37,250 nt of DNA from Chitinophagaceae bacterium. GTDB taxonomy: Bacteria > Bacteroidota > Bacteroidia > Chitinophagales > Chitinophagaceae. The translations under genes were made by a program, and so were the position numbers. The DNA is taken from positions 1 through 37,250 of the forward strand of contig JALOMP010000001.1 of assembly GCA_025455365.1 (NCBI GenBank), read 5' to 3'. Numbering within the stretch: the stretch's first letter is position 1; each line of letters opens with the position of its first letter. This document shows positions 28,265 through 37,015 of the stretch, one piece after another. The notes under the pieces are model-generated. The model was not told where the DNA came from, made no database searches, and saw only the letters and a program-made list of their open reading frames with translations.

Positions 28265-29957
28265 GCTTAAAACACTGGAAGATCTCGTGCGGGCGTCTAC
28301 CGCGGAGGAACTGATCTGGATTAACGGGTACCTCTCCGGGCTGGTGGCGGATAAGGTAAGGACCTCCACACCTGCCAATGGATCGTCCGTGGAATCAAAG
28401 GGGGTACGCAAGGCAACGATTTGTTACGGAACGGAAACGGGCAACGCGAAAAAACTTGCGCTGCAACTTACGCAGAAAGCCAAACAGTCGGGCATAACCG
28501 TACAATGCAAGGGTCTCGACCAATACCGGTTTGAGGATCTCGACCGGGAAACTGATTTTTTTGTGATTGTCAGCACGCAGGGAGAAGGGGAGCCGCCGGA
28601 GCCCGCTAAAAAATTCTTCGGCATGCTCTTCGACGCGCAACCCAACCTGTCCGCCATGCGGTTTGGTGTGCTGGCACTCGGGGATACCGCATACCCGTTG
28701 TTCTGTAAAGCGGGTGAGGACCTGGATGCAAGGCTCGAAAGCCTCGGGGCAAAGCGGGTGTTGCCATTGAAAAAATGCGATGTGGATTATGAAGCCACGG
28801 CCATGGAATGGTTTGATTCGATGGTTGCCCTGTATAGCCAGATCCCGGAAGCATCCACACCACAAGCCGGTACAAAAACGGCGGAAAAACATACCGGCAA
28901 GAAATACTATGATGGTGTCATCTCCAGCCATATCAACCTGAACGACCGCGGATCATCCAAGCAGACTTACCATATTGAAATTCGCACCAGGGAAGCGATT
29001 GACTACGCCCCGGGAGATGCAATTGCCATCGTGCCGGAAAACCGACCGGAACTGGTGGAGCGGATACTCTCCCTGGCGGCAGTGGATGGGGCCACGGAAT
29101 TCGAATCCTCCAAAGGCAGGCATCCGGTTGCCGAACTGCTGACCCGTCACCTCAATATCTGCTACCTGTTATCCGCAACGGTGAAAAAATATGCCGCCCT
29201 GACCGGGCACCAGATCCCCGATACGCGCATGGATCTGGTGGACCTGCTCCGGATTTATCCCCTGAAAGAGAAGGGACAATTCCAGGAACTCATCCGTCTG
29301 TTGCCGGGTATCGCACCCAGACTGTATTCCGTGGCTTCGTCCCCGAAACAGAATGACCAGGAAGTACACCTTACCGTTGGCAGGCACCGCTTCCATGCCC
29401 AGGGGGATGAATTATTCGGCCTGTGCAGCAGTTTCCTCGGTGACCTGCCCAACGGAACCCCCATCCGTTTCTATGTGCATCGGAATCGCGCTTTCAAGCT
29501 TCCGGCGGATGAAGCAGACGTCATTATGGTTGGGCCTGGAACGGGTATCGCCCCTTTCCGCTCCTTTCTCGCGGATCGTGATGCAGGCGGCGCGAAAGGG
29601 AGAAACTGGCTCTTCTTCGGGGAACAGCATTTCCGTTCCGATTTCCTGTACCAGGCGGAATTGCAACAATACCTGGCTACCGGGGTATTGCAGAAAATAA
29701 GCCTTGCCTTCTCCCGCGACCAAAAGGAGAAAATATATGTGCAACACCGCATGAAGGAAGAAGGCGCGGAATTATTTTCCTGGCTTGAGCGTGGCGCTTA
29801 CCTCTTTGTCAGTGGCACCAAGGATCCCATGAGCAAAGATGTGGAGCAGGCGCTCCTGCAGATCATTGAAGTGCAGGGTAAGGTATCCGCGGATGAAGCA
29901 GTCATTTACCTGGATAAGATGAAAAAGGAAGGACGATACCAGAAGGATGTGTATTAA
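28248..29957 (+). CDS. cysJ: Sulfite reductase flavoprotein (diflavin reductase)
   Basis: Flavodoxin motifs YGTETGNA / STQGEGEPP / LGDTAY, FAD motif RLYSVASS, GPGTGIAPFR, C-terminal RYQKDVY. Start at ATG 28248 overlaps cobA by 17 nt. Confidence 0.92.
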   Translation: MLATHKLKTLEDLVRASTAEELIWINGYLSGLVADKVRTSTPANGSSVESKGVRKATICYGTETGNAKKLALQLTQKAKQSGITVQCKGLDQYRFEDLDRETDFFVIVSTQGEGEPPEPAKKFFGMLFDAQPNLSAMRFGVLALGDTAYPLFCKAGEDLDARLESLGAKRVLPLKKCDVDYEATAMEWFDSMVALYSQIPEASTPQAGTKTAEKHTGKKYYDGVISSHINLNDRGSSKQTYHIEIRTREAIDYAPGDAIAIVPENRPELVERILSLAAVDGATEFESSKGRHPVAELLTRHLNICYLLSATVKKYAALTGHQIPDTRMDLVDLLRIYPLKEKGQFQELIRLLPGIAPRLYSVASSPKQNDQEVHLTVGRHRFHAQGDELFGLCSSFLGDLPNGTPIRFYVHRNRAFKLPADEADVIMVGPGTGIAPFRSFLADRDAGGAKGRNWLFFGEQHFRSDFLYQAELQQYLATGVLQKISLAFSRDQKEKIYVQHRMKEEGAELFSWLERGAYLFVSGTKDPMSKDVEQALLQIIEVQGKVSADEAVIYLDKMKKEGRYQKDVY

Positions 29958-29973
29958 CCCATAACCTGTAAAC

Positions 29974-31644
29974 GTGAACAACAAGCCTTCACCCATAGAA
30001 CGCATCAAGGAACAAAGCGACGGACTCCGCGGCTCGCTCGACCAGAGTTTACGGGACCCGGTCACCGCAGCGATTGCGGAACCGGACCAGGCGCTGGTAA
30101 AGTTTCACGGCATGTACCAGCAGGACGACCGTGACCGGAGGGAAGAACGCACGGCGAAAAAGCTGGAATGGCTTTTTTCCTTCATGATCCGTCTTCGCCT
30201 GCCCGGCGGTTTGTTGACAGGCGAACAGTGGTCCGGCCTGCATCATATCGCAGGGCAATACTCTACGGGCACCATTAAGATCACTACCCGGCAGACCGTG
30301 CAACTGCATGGTGTCATCAAGAGTGCCTTGCGGCCTACCATGCAGGCATTCGATACGCTTGCGCTGGACTCCATCGCTGCCTGCGGAGACGTAAACCGGA
30401 ACGTAGTATGCAGTGCGAACCCCGCCCAGTCGAAACTCCATGAAGAGGTGTTCGCCTATGCCGACAAGATCAGCCTCATGGCCCTGCCAAAATCAAGGGC
30501 GTATTATGAGATCTGGCTGAACGAAGAGCCGCTGACGCCCGAGGAAAAGCAAATACAGGAAAAGGATCCTTTATACGAGAACAGGTACCTGCCCCGCAAA
30601 TTCAAAATCGCCATCGCGATTCCCCCGGATAATGATGTGGATGTGCTGGCCAATGACGTCGGTCTTATCGCCATTGAAGAAGACGGGAGACTTGCGGGAT
30701 TCAACGTCGCGGCCGGGGGCGGACTGAGTACCACCCATGGCAATCCGTCGACGTACGCAAGACTGGCCTCCATGCTGGGCTTTGTTTCCGGTGAAGAAAA
30801 GATCCTTAAAGTGGTGTATGAAATCATGACGATCCAGCGTGATTTCGGGAACCGCAGCGATCGCAAACTGGCGCGACTGAAGTACACGATCGACCGGATG
30901 GGGCTGGAAGCTTTCAAAGCCGAGCTTGAAAAACGATGCGGTTTCTCACTGGAACCGGCCAGGTCTTATGCCTTCACGCAGCGGGAGGACCATTTTGGCT
31001 GGAGTGTAGACCATACCGGTAAATGGCACTATACCGTTTTTGTGGAGAATGGTCTGGTAAAAGATACAGACAGGTACCCGATGAAATCCGGCCTACTCCG
31101 GATTGCTGAAACGCATAAGGTGCTTTTCCGTTTTACCTGTAACCAGAACCTGGTCTTGTCGGACATAGACGAATACGATCGCTCCCTGGTACAGACCTTG
31201 CTCGATGGGTATGGACTGTCTGCGCATACGGAAAAGGCAAGCCGGGTTCGCCGGAATGCCATCGCCTGTGTGGCTTTTAATACCTGCCCGCTTGCACTTG
31301 CGGAGGCCCAGCGCTACCTGCCATCCCTGATCACCCGTATAGAACCCTTGCTGGAGAAACATGGCATGCAGGATGAACCCCTGCACCTGCGCATGACCGG
31401 GTGCCCCAACGGATGCGGCCGGCCATATGTGGCGGAAATTGGACTGATAGGGACGGCGTATGGAAAATACAACCTGCATATCGGGGGCGATAAAAACGGG
31501 GAGCGCCTGAACCATAAATACCGCGAAAACCTGGATGAAGAAGGGATCCTGCTGGAACTGGACAACCTGTTTGGGCAATTCAGGACAGGGAAACAGGCAG
31601 GAGAGGGATTTGGCGACTTTGTTTTCCGGACAATACAACACTAA
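29974..31644 (+). CDS. cysI: Sulfite reductase hemoprotein (siroheme/[4Fe-4S])
   Basis: KFHGMYQQDDRD, TTRQ, ACGDVNRN, YLPRKFK, cluster ligands ACVAFNTC and TGCPNGC. GTG start. Confidence 0.96.
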   Translation: MNNKPSPIERIKEQSDGLRGSLDQSLRDPVTAAIAEPDQALVKFHGMYQQDDRDRREERTAKKLEWLFSFMIRLRLPGGLLTGEQWSGLHHIAGQYSTGTIKITTRQTVQLHGVIKSALRPTMQAFDTLALDSIAACGDVNRNVVCSANPAQSKLHEEVFAYADKISLMALPKSRAYYEIWLNEEPLTPEEKQIQEKDPLYENRYLPRKFKIAIAIPPDNDVDVLANDVGLIAIEEDGRLAGFNVAAGGGLSTTHGNPSTYARLASMLGFVSGEEKILKVVYEIMTIQRDFGNRSDRKLARLKYTIDRMGLEAFKAELEKRCGFSLEPARSYAFTQREDHFGWSVDHTGKWHYTVFVENGLVKDTDRYPMKSGLLRIAETHKVLFRFTCNQNLVLSDIDEYDRSLVQTLLDGYGLSAHTEKASRVRRNAIACVAFNTCPLALAEAQRYLPSLITRIEPLLEKHGMQDEPLHLRMTGCPNGCGRPYVAEIGLIGTAYGKYNLHIGGDKNGERLNHKYRENLDEEGILLELDNLFGQFRTGKQAGEGFGDFVFRTIQH

Positions 31645-32889
31645 ATGGGAAATATTGAACAGATACTGGAGGAGAAATTGCAGTCGCTGAAGGACAGGGG
31701 CCATTACCGTTATTTCCTGGAAGTGAATAAAAGCGCCCAGCACTTCCCGCATTTCTATTACCGTAACCCCGAAGGCGTCCAACGTTCGGCGGTAAACTGG
31801 TGCAGCAATGACTACCTGGGCATGAGCACCCGCGAGGAATTGATTTCAAAACTCAGTTTCACCATGCACCGCAGCGGCACCGGCAGCAGTGGTACAAGGA
31901 ATATTTCCGGCACTACCAACCACCACCGGGAACTGGAGAAATTACTGGCCGAATGGCACCATAAGGATTCGGCCCTTTTGTTCAACGGGGCTTACCAGGC
32001 CAACCTGACCACCCTGCAAACCATTGGCCGCCATATCCCGGAACTGGTATTCATTTCTGATGAGCGTAACCATGCATCCCTGATCGAAGGCATGCGTGCC
32101 GGTGGAAACCGAAAGATCATTTACCGGCATAACGATACCGCACACCTGCGGGAAATCCTTGAAAGCCTGCCTGAAGGACATCCGCGAATGGTTGTGCTTG
32201 AATCGGTGTATTCCATCTCCGGAAGCCTCGCACCCCTGAAGGAGACTTTGTCCATAGCCCGACAATATGGGGCGATGACCTATGTGGACGAAGTACATGC
32301 CGTAGGACTTTATGGCCCGGACGGAGCGGGCATGGTATCACAGGAAGGATTAAGCGAAATGGCCGATATCGTCAACGGGACACTTTCAAAAGCCATCGGT
32401 GTATTTGGCGGGTATATCGCCGCTTCCGCCCTGGTCATCGATTTTATCCGCAGCCACGGGCCCGGCTTCATTTTCACTACCTCATTACCCCCGGCCATCT
32501 GCAGTGCGGCGAAACAGAGCATATCGCTGATCCGGACAAACCCTGCATGGCGGGCGGAATTCCACGAAAAAGTTACGCTCCTGCGGCAAAGCCTTCGGGA
32601 AGCAGGTGTGGCCTTTGTTGATAATCCCACCCATATAACACCCATACCGGTAGGGGATAGCCAATTATGCCGTACCCTCGCGGATGAGCTCCTGTGGAAG
32701 CAGGGAATTTACCTGCAGCCCATAAACCCGCCAACGGTTCCGCCCGGGGAGGAATGCCTGCGGGTGGTGGTGACGTTGTCTCACCAACTCAAACATATTC
32801 ATCACCTGGCGCTTAGCCTGAAAAAAATTGTCAATGCAAACCATCCGGCTAACCGGCCGTCGGTCAAGGCTTTCGTTGCTGCAGATTGA
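31645..32889 (+). CDS. hemA: 5-aminolevulinate synthase (Shemin/C4 pathway, PLP-dependent)
   Basis: ALAS-type motifs GHYRYF, WCSNDYLGM, SGTRNISGT, NHASLIEG, ESVYS, DEVHAVGLYG, GTLSKA (PLP lysine), GFIFTTSLPP, QPINPPTVP.G.E.LR. Sits next to hemC and hemB. Confidence 0.88.
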   Translation: MGNIEQILEEKLQSLKDRGHYRYFLEVNKSAQHFPHFYYRNPEGVQRSAVNWCSNDYLGMSTREELISKLSFTMHRSGTGSSGTRNISGTTNHHRELEKLLAEWHHKDSALLFNGAYQANLTTLQTIGRHIPELVFISDERNHASLIEGMRAGGNRKIIYRHNDTAHLREILESLPEGHPRMVVLESVYSISGSLAPLKETLSIARQYGAMTYVDEVHAVGLYGPDGAGMVSQEGLSEMADIVNGTLSKAIGVFGGYIAASALVIDFIRSHGPGFIFTTSLPPAICSAAKQSISLIRTNPAWRAEFHEKVTLLRQSLREAGVAFVDNPTHITPIPVGDSQLCRTLADELLWKQGIYLQPINPPTVPPGEECLRVVVTLSHQLKHIHHLALSLKKIVNANHPANRPSVKAFVAAD

Positions 32890-34345
32890 CCGCGTCAGGA
32901 AGAAAATTGAAGCCGCTTTTCCCGGTGTGAAGGTGGAAGTGGCAGCATTAGAAACACGTGGCGACCAACTCCGGGATATTCCCCTGCAAACGGTGGAGGG
33001 AACTGATTTTTTCACATCGGATATCTTCGAGGCACTGGAAGCGGGCAGGGCGGATATTGCCGTGCATTCGCTGAAGGATATGAGCGCCACCCACTTTTTC
33101 GGTCCGCACCGGTTTGCGGTAACCGAAAGGGATGACACCAGGGACATCGCCCTGTTCAGGCCCGGCGTGCGGGAGAAAATCAATTCCGGGCAAACACTGG
33201 TTGTAGGTACCTGTTCCCCCCGCCGGGAGGATATGGCGATGGATTTCCTGCGCCGGGCAATACCCGGTGCAAAAGAACAGGTATCCATCACCGTTAAGCC
33301 CATACGGGGTAATGTGGAAACAAGGTTACGCAAACTTGATGAAGGTCAATATGACGGAACGATCCTGGCCACTGCGGGACTGAACCGGTTACTGCAGAGC
33401 CCGGAAGATGCGCCCCTGGTGCGCGCGTTGTTGCGGGACAAGAAGCGCATGCTGCTTCCCCTGGTGGAATGCGTGCCTGCGCCCTGCCAGGGAGCTATCG
33501 TGGCGGAGGCACTGCCAGGCAACGAATGGGCATTGGAAGTCCTCGGGGCGATTAACGACCAGGGCCTGCTGCGGGCCTGTATCGCGGAAAAGAGGCTGGC
33601 GCAGGCTTATGGAACGGGCTGCGACCAGCGCTTCGGTGTATCCCATCTGCGGGCGGGCAGCCGCTCATTCTTATTTGCCCAGGGAAGGGATGGCCGCAAC
33701 AGGCAGCTGCGATACTGGCAGGGATTGCCAGCGCATACGAGGGAGGTACGAAAACTGTTCAGCACCACAGACCATATGGCCGACTTTTTCCAGTATGAAT
33801 ACCTGCCAACGGCAGGCGAGTTGACAACAGAGGTTGTTTTCATCGCAAATCACAAGTCGATGGCCGGCCCGCATCCAATCCCCATCAGGGAAGGACAGCG
33901 CGTATGGGCAGCCGGAACCCGCACCTGGCTGGAACTGGCACGCAAGGGTATTTGGGTGGAAGGTTGTGCAGATGCATTGGGGCTTGAGTCCCTTGAAACG
34001 GTATTCCGGATGCCGGTGATTGATATAAATCCGGCAGCGGTGACGGTCGTTACCCATGAAGAAGCGTCCAGGGCATGGAAGGCCAAGGGATGGAAAACCA
34101 TGGCAACCCACCGTCTACTGCGCAGGGAAGAGCAGTCCATGGCTGCTTTAATGCAGTCGTCCGACTATATTTTCTGGACCAGTTTCGGACAGTATGAACA
34201 ATACAAGGACCGGTTGAAGCCGGATGTTGTGCATGCCTGTCCCTATGGAGAGACGGCAGAACGACTCCGTTCCCGAGGCATCGATCCGGTTATTTTCCCC
34301 ACCATTCAATCATTCCAGTCATGGCGGCAGTCCGTTACCATATAA
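32834..34345 (+). CDS. hemC: Hydroxymethylbilane synthase fused to a C-terminal uroporphyrinogen-III synthase-like domain
   Basis: HemC motifs R.S.L.L.Q, TRGD, DIAVHSLKDM, GTCSPRR, IRGNVETRLRKL, ATAGLNRL, PAPCQGA and cofactor Cys in GTGC. An extra ~200 aa carries WAAGTRT, IFWTS and YGETA (HemD-like; inferred). Confidence 0.85.
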   Translation: MQTIRLTGRRSRLSLLQIDRVRKKIEAAFPGVKVEVAALETRGDQLRDIPLQTVEGTDFFTSDIFEALEAGRADIAVHSLKDMSATHFFGPHRFAVTERDDTRDIALFRPGVREKINSGQTLVVGTCSPRREDMAMDFLRRAIPGAKEQVSITVKPIRGNVETRLRKLDEGQYDGTILATAGLNRLLQSPEDAPLVRALLRDKKRMLLPLVECVPAPCQGAIVAEALPGNEWALEVLGAINDQGLLRACIAEKRLAQAYGTGCDQRFGVSHLRAGSRSFLFAQGRDGRNRQLRYWQGLPAHTREVRKLFSTTDHMADFFQYEYLPTAGELTTEVVFIANHKSMAGPHPIPIREGQRVWAAGTRTWLELARKGIWVEGCADALGLESLETVFRMPVIDINPAAVTVVTHEEASRAWKAKGWKTMATHRLLRREEQSMAALMQSSDYIFWTSFGQYEQYKDRLKPDVVHACPYGETAERLRSRGIDPVIFPTIQSFQSWRQSVTI

Positions 34346-35316
34346 ACCGTCGCCGCATGCGGGTGAGCCCACAGTCGCGTGAACTATCGGCATCGGTGAC
34401 GCTGAACCATCGGGCCTTTATACAGCCTCTTTTTGTAGAGGAAGGATTGCAGGCGCCCAGGTTGCTGGAAAACATGCACGGTATCTGCGCCGATACCCGG
34501 ACTTCTGTATTGAAGCAGGTTGAAAGGGATATGGAACGCGGCATACACAAGTTCCTGGTGTTCCCCGTGCCGGTGAAGCGGGAAGCCTACCCCCGTGATT
34601 TTTCATTTACGACCGGCTTGCTCCGGGAGCTTCGCCGTGTTTTCGGGAGCGATATCTGGATGGCGGCGGACTGCTGCCTGTGCGCATATACGCATAACGG
34701 GCATTGCGGCATCACGGATGCATCGGGCCTTAAAATCGACAATGCCGCATCCGTCGGGTTATTGTCGGCCTACGCCCTGGAACTGGCCGATGCGGGTGCG
34801 GATACCATCGCGCCAAGCGATATGATGGACGGACGGATCGCCTCTATACGTCAACGGCTAAACGAAAATGGGATGGACCATGTTTCCATCATGAGCTACT
34901 CCTCCAAGTTCAGTTCCCAGTGGTATGGCCCGTTCCGCGATGCCTGCCATTCCAGCCCGGCTGCGGGATTGTTGGGCGATCGCAGGTCGTACCAGTTATC
35001 TCCCGCCAACCCGGAGGATGCCGTACTCTGTGCCCTTCGGGATGAGGAGGAAGGGGCGGATATGCTGATGGTGAAGCCCGCCGGCTGGTATATGGATATG
35101 CTATGGCGCATTAAAGAACAGGTGAATGTTCCCGTGGCCGCCTATCATGTGAGCGGAGAGTATGCCGCGCTGGAATATATGGCCGGCCTGGGTTTGCTCA
35201 AGAGGGAGGCGGCACACCTGGAACTCTGGACTTCCCTGAAAAGGGCCGGCGCGGATATCATCATTTCATACGCCGCGAGGGATGCGAAATCGTGGATAGA
35301 CCATCAAACCTACTAG
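34321..35316 (+). CDS. hemB: Porphobilinogen synthase (ALA dehydratase), Zn-site type
   Basis: DCCLCAYTHNGHCG, APSDMMDGRI, MSYSSKF..WYGPFRDA, DRRSYQ, MVKPA, AYHVSGEY. Confidence 0.95.
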   Translation: MAAVRYHINRRRMRVSPQSRELSASVTLNHRAFIQPLFVEEGLQAPRLLENMHGICADTRTSVLKQVERDMERGIHKFLVFPVPVKREAYPRDFSFTTGLLRELRRVFGSDIWMAADCCLCAYTHNGHCGITDASGLKIDNAASVGLLSAYALELADAGADTIAPSDMMDGRIASIRQRLNENGMDHVSIMSYSSKFSSQWYGPFRDACHSSPAAGLLGDRRSYQLSPANPEDAVLCALRDEEEGADMLMVKPAGWYMDMLWRIKEQVNVPVAAYHVSGEYAALEYMAGLGLLKREAAHLELWTSLKRAGADIIISYAARDAKSWIDHQTY

Positions 35317-35320
35317 ACAC

Positions 35321-36874
35321 ATGATCATTGAACAGGAAAAGCAAATAGGGATTGGTGCACAGCCGGGGAATAAGCCGCCTGGCATTTCGTCCGGACCGGA
35401 TGCGGTGGATGCCTTTAATCCCCTTTTTCCCGTTTTCCTGAAATTGGAAAATTTACGCGTGTTGCTCGTCGGCGGCGGTCATGTGGGTCTCGAAAAGCTG
35501 CAGGCCATGCATGCGAATGCACCGGAGGCGATGATCACGGTGGTGGCAAAGAAGATCGATGACCGCCTCCGTGCTTTTGCATCAGGCAAGCCAACAATGC
35601 ACCTGGAAGAGCGCGCCTTCGAGCCGGCGGATTTAAAAGACAGGGATATCGTTTTCATCGCCATCGATGATCCAAAGGAAAGCCAGCGCATCCGTGATCT
35701 GGCCAAAGCGGAAAGGCTCCTGGTAAACGTGGCCGACAAACCGGAGCAATGTGATTTCTACCTCGGCAGCATCGTACAGAAAGGAAGCCTGAAACTCGCC
35801 ATCTCAACCAATGGGAAATCGCCCACGGCTGCTAAAAGGCTCAGGGAAATGTTGCAGCATAGCCTGCCCGATGAACTGGAGGATGTGCTGCAGAACCTGC
35901 AACAGATCCGAAAGCAGATGGGAGGAGACTTCGCCCATAAAGTCCATGAACTGAACAAACTCACCAGCGGCCTGGTGGAGACCAGGGGAAAGAAGCAGGA
36001 ACTCAGGTGGCGGCGCATCGCTACCTACTCGCTTACCGTATTCGCCCTGATGCTGGTGGGGCATTTCATTTTTTCGTATATCCCACTCCGTGCGTTGGCG
36101 GAGGGTACGGCCGACTGGTACCTGGGCCTTGATCGGAATTTCCATTGGATGCTGCTGGCCGGGTTTGTGGCGCAAATGGTTGACGGGGCCCTGGGTATGG
36201 GTTACGGCGTAACCAGCGCCACCATCCTGCTCTCGGCTGGTATCAGTCCCGCCGCCATCAGCGGCAGCATACACACGGCGGAAATGTTTGCCAGCGGCGC
36301 ATCCGGCTACAGCCATTACCGTTTTGGCAACGTCAACAAGAAGCTGTTCAAGGCACTGGTCATACCCGGCGTTATCGGGGCCGTGCTCGGAGCGATTCTG
36401 CTTACGCAACTGGACAAATCCAATGTGGACCTGATCCGTCCGCTGATGGCCGCGTACACGCTCTTCCTGGGTGTGCGAATCCTGACCAATGCCTTCCGCA
36501 AGCAACAGGTGCGCAAAAAATTCAAGCGCCATGGTATCCTGGCGGGAGTGGGTGGGTTCCTGGATTCTTTTGGCGGCGGCGGCTGGGGACCGATCGTCAC
36601 CACCACCCTGATCACCAAAGGCCGCAGCCCGAAATACGTCATCGGGTCCGTAAGCCTCACGGAGTTTTTTGTTACCCTGTCCAGTGCCTTCACATTCTTT
36701 ACCTTGCTCGGCGTCTCGCACTGGCAAACGATTTTTGCCCTGATCATCGGGGGACTGGTGGCGGCGCCGCTGGCTGCCAAGCTTGCGGGCAGACTTCCCC
36801 GAAAAACATCGTTCATTCTCCTGGGGATGCTCGTCATCTTCTGGAGTCTGCGCATATTGGTTAAAATAATTTAG
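35321..36874 (+). CDS. Fusion: precorrin-2 dehydrogenase/ferrochelatase (Met8/SirC/CysG-B) + TauE/SafE (TSUP) membrane transporter
   Basis: N-terminal FPVFL...VLLVGGGHVG..K, VNVADKP..CDF, AISTNGKSP. C-terminal hydrophobic domain with AQMVDGALGMGYG and GFLDSFGGGGWGP. One uninterrupted frame. Confidence 0.88.
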   Translation: MIIEQEKQIGIGAQPGNKPPGISSGPDAVDAFNPLFPVFLKLENLRVLLVGGGHVGLEKLQAMHANAPEAMITVVAKKIDDRLRAFASGKPTMHLEERAFEPADLKDRDIVFIAIDDPKESQRIRDLAKAERLLVNVADKPEQCDFYLGSIVQKGSLKLAISTNGKSPTAAKRLREMLQHSLPDELEDVLQNLQQIRKQMGGDFAHKVHELNKLTSGLVETRGKKQELRWRRIATYSLTVFALMLVGHFIFSYIPLRALAEGTADWYLGLDRNFHWMLLAGFVAQMVDGALGMGYGVTSATILLSAGISPAAISGSIHTAEMFASGASGYSHYRFGNVNKKLFKALVIPGVIGAVLGAILLTQLDKSNVDLIRPLMAAYTLFLGVRILTNAFRKQQVRKKFKRHGILAGVGGFLDSFGGGGWGPIVTTTLITKGRSPKYVIGSVSLTEFFVTLSSAFTFFTLLGVSHWQTIFALIIGGLVAAPLAAKLAGRLPRKTSFILLGMLVIFWSLRILVKII

Positions 36875-37003
36875 GTATCAGATCTCGCATCCGGGAAATC
36901 CCGGCAAGACAGGGCCAGCTTGTAAGACCGCGTGATCGGGATCCTGGCTTCGCCCATGCATAACTTGGAATCCAACAAATTATTACAGACCCTGAATGCT
37001 TCT

Positions 37004-37011
37004 TAATTTTG
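37004..37011 (+). promoter_or_regulatory. -7 box (TAATTTTG)
   Basis: Exact TAnnTTTG, 4 nt before ATG 37016. Confidence 0.65.
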
Positions 37012-37015
37012 CCCG

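Noticed and set aside
24886-36901. CCGGGAAATCC 11-mer on both sides of the cys/hem operon (24886 and 36891) as a possible insertion-site repeat
   Set aside because: Short, each copy is part of a small local hairpin, a near copy occurs inside cysD, and there is no integrase, tRNA or evident composition shift.
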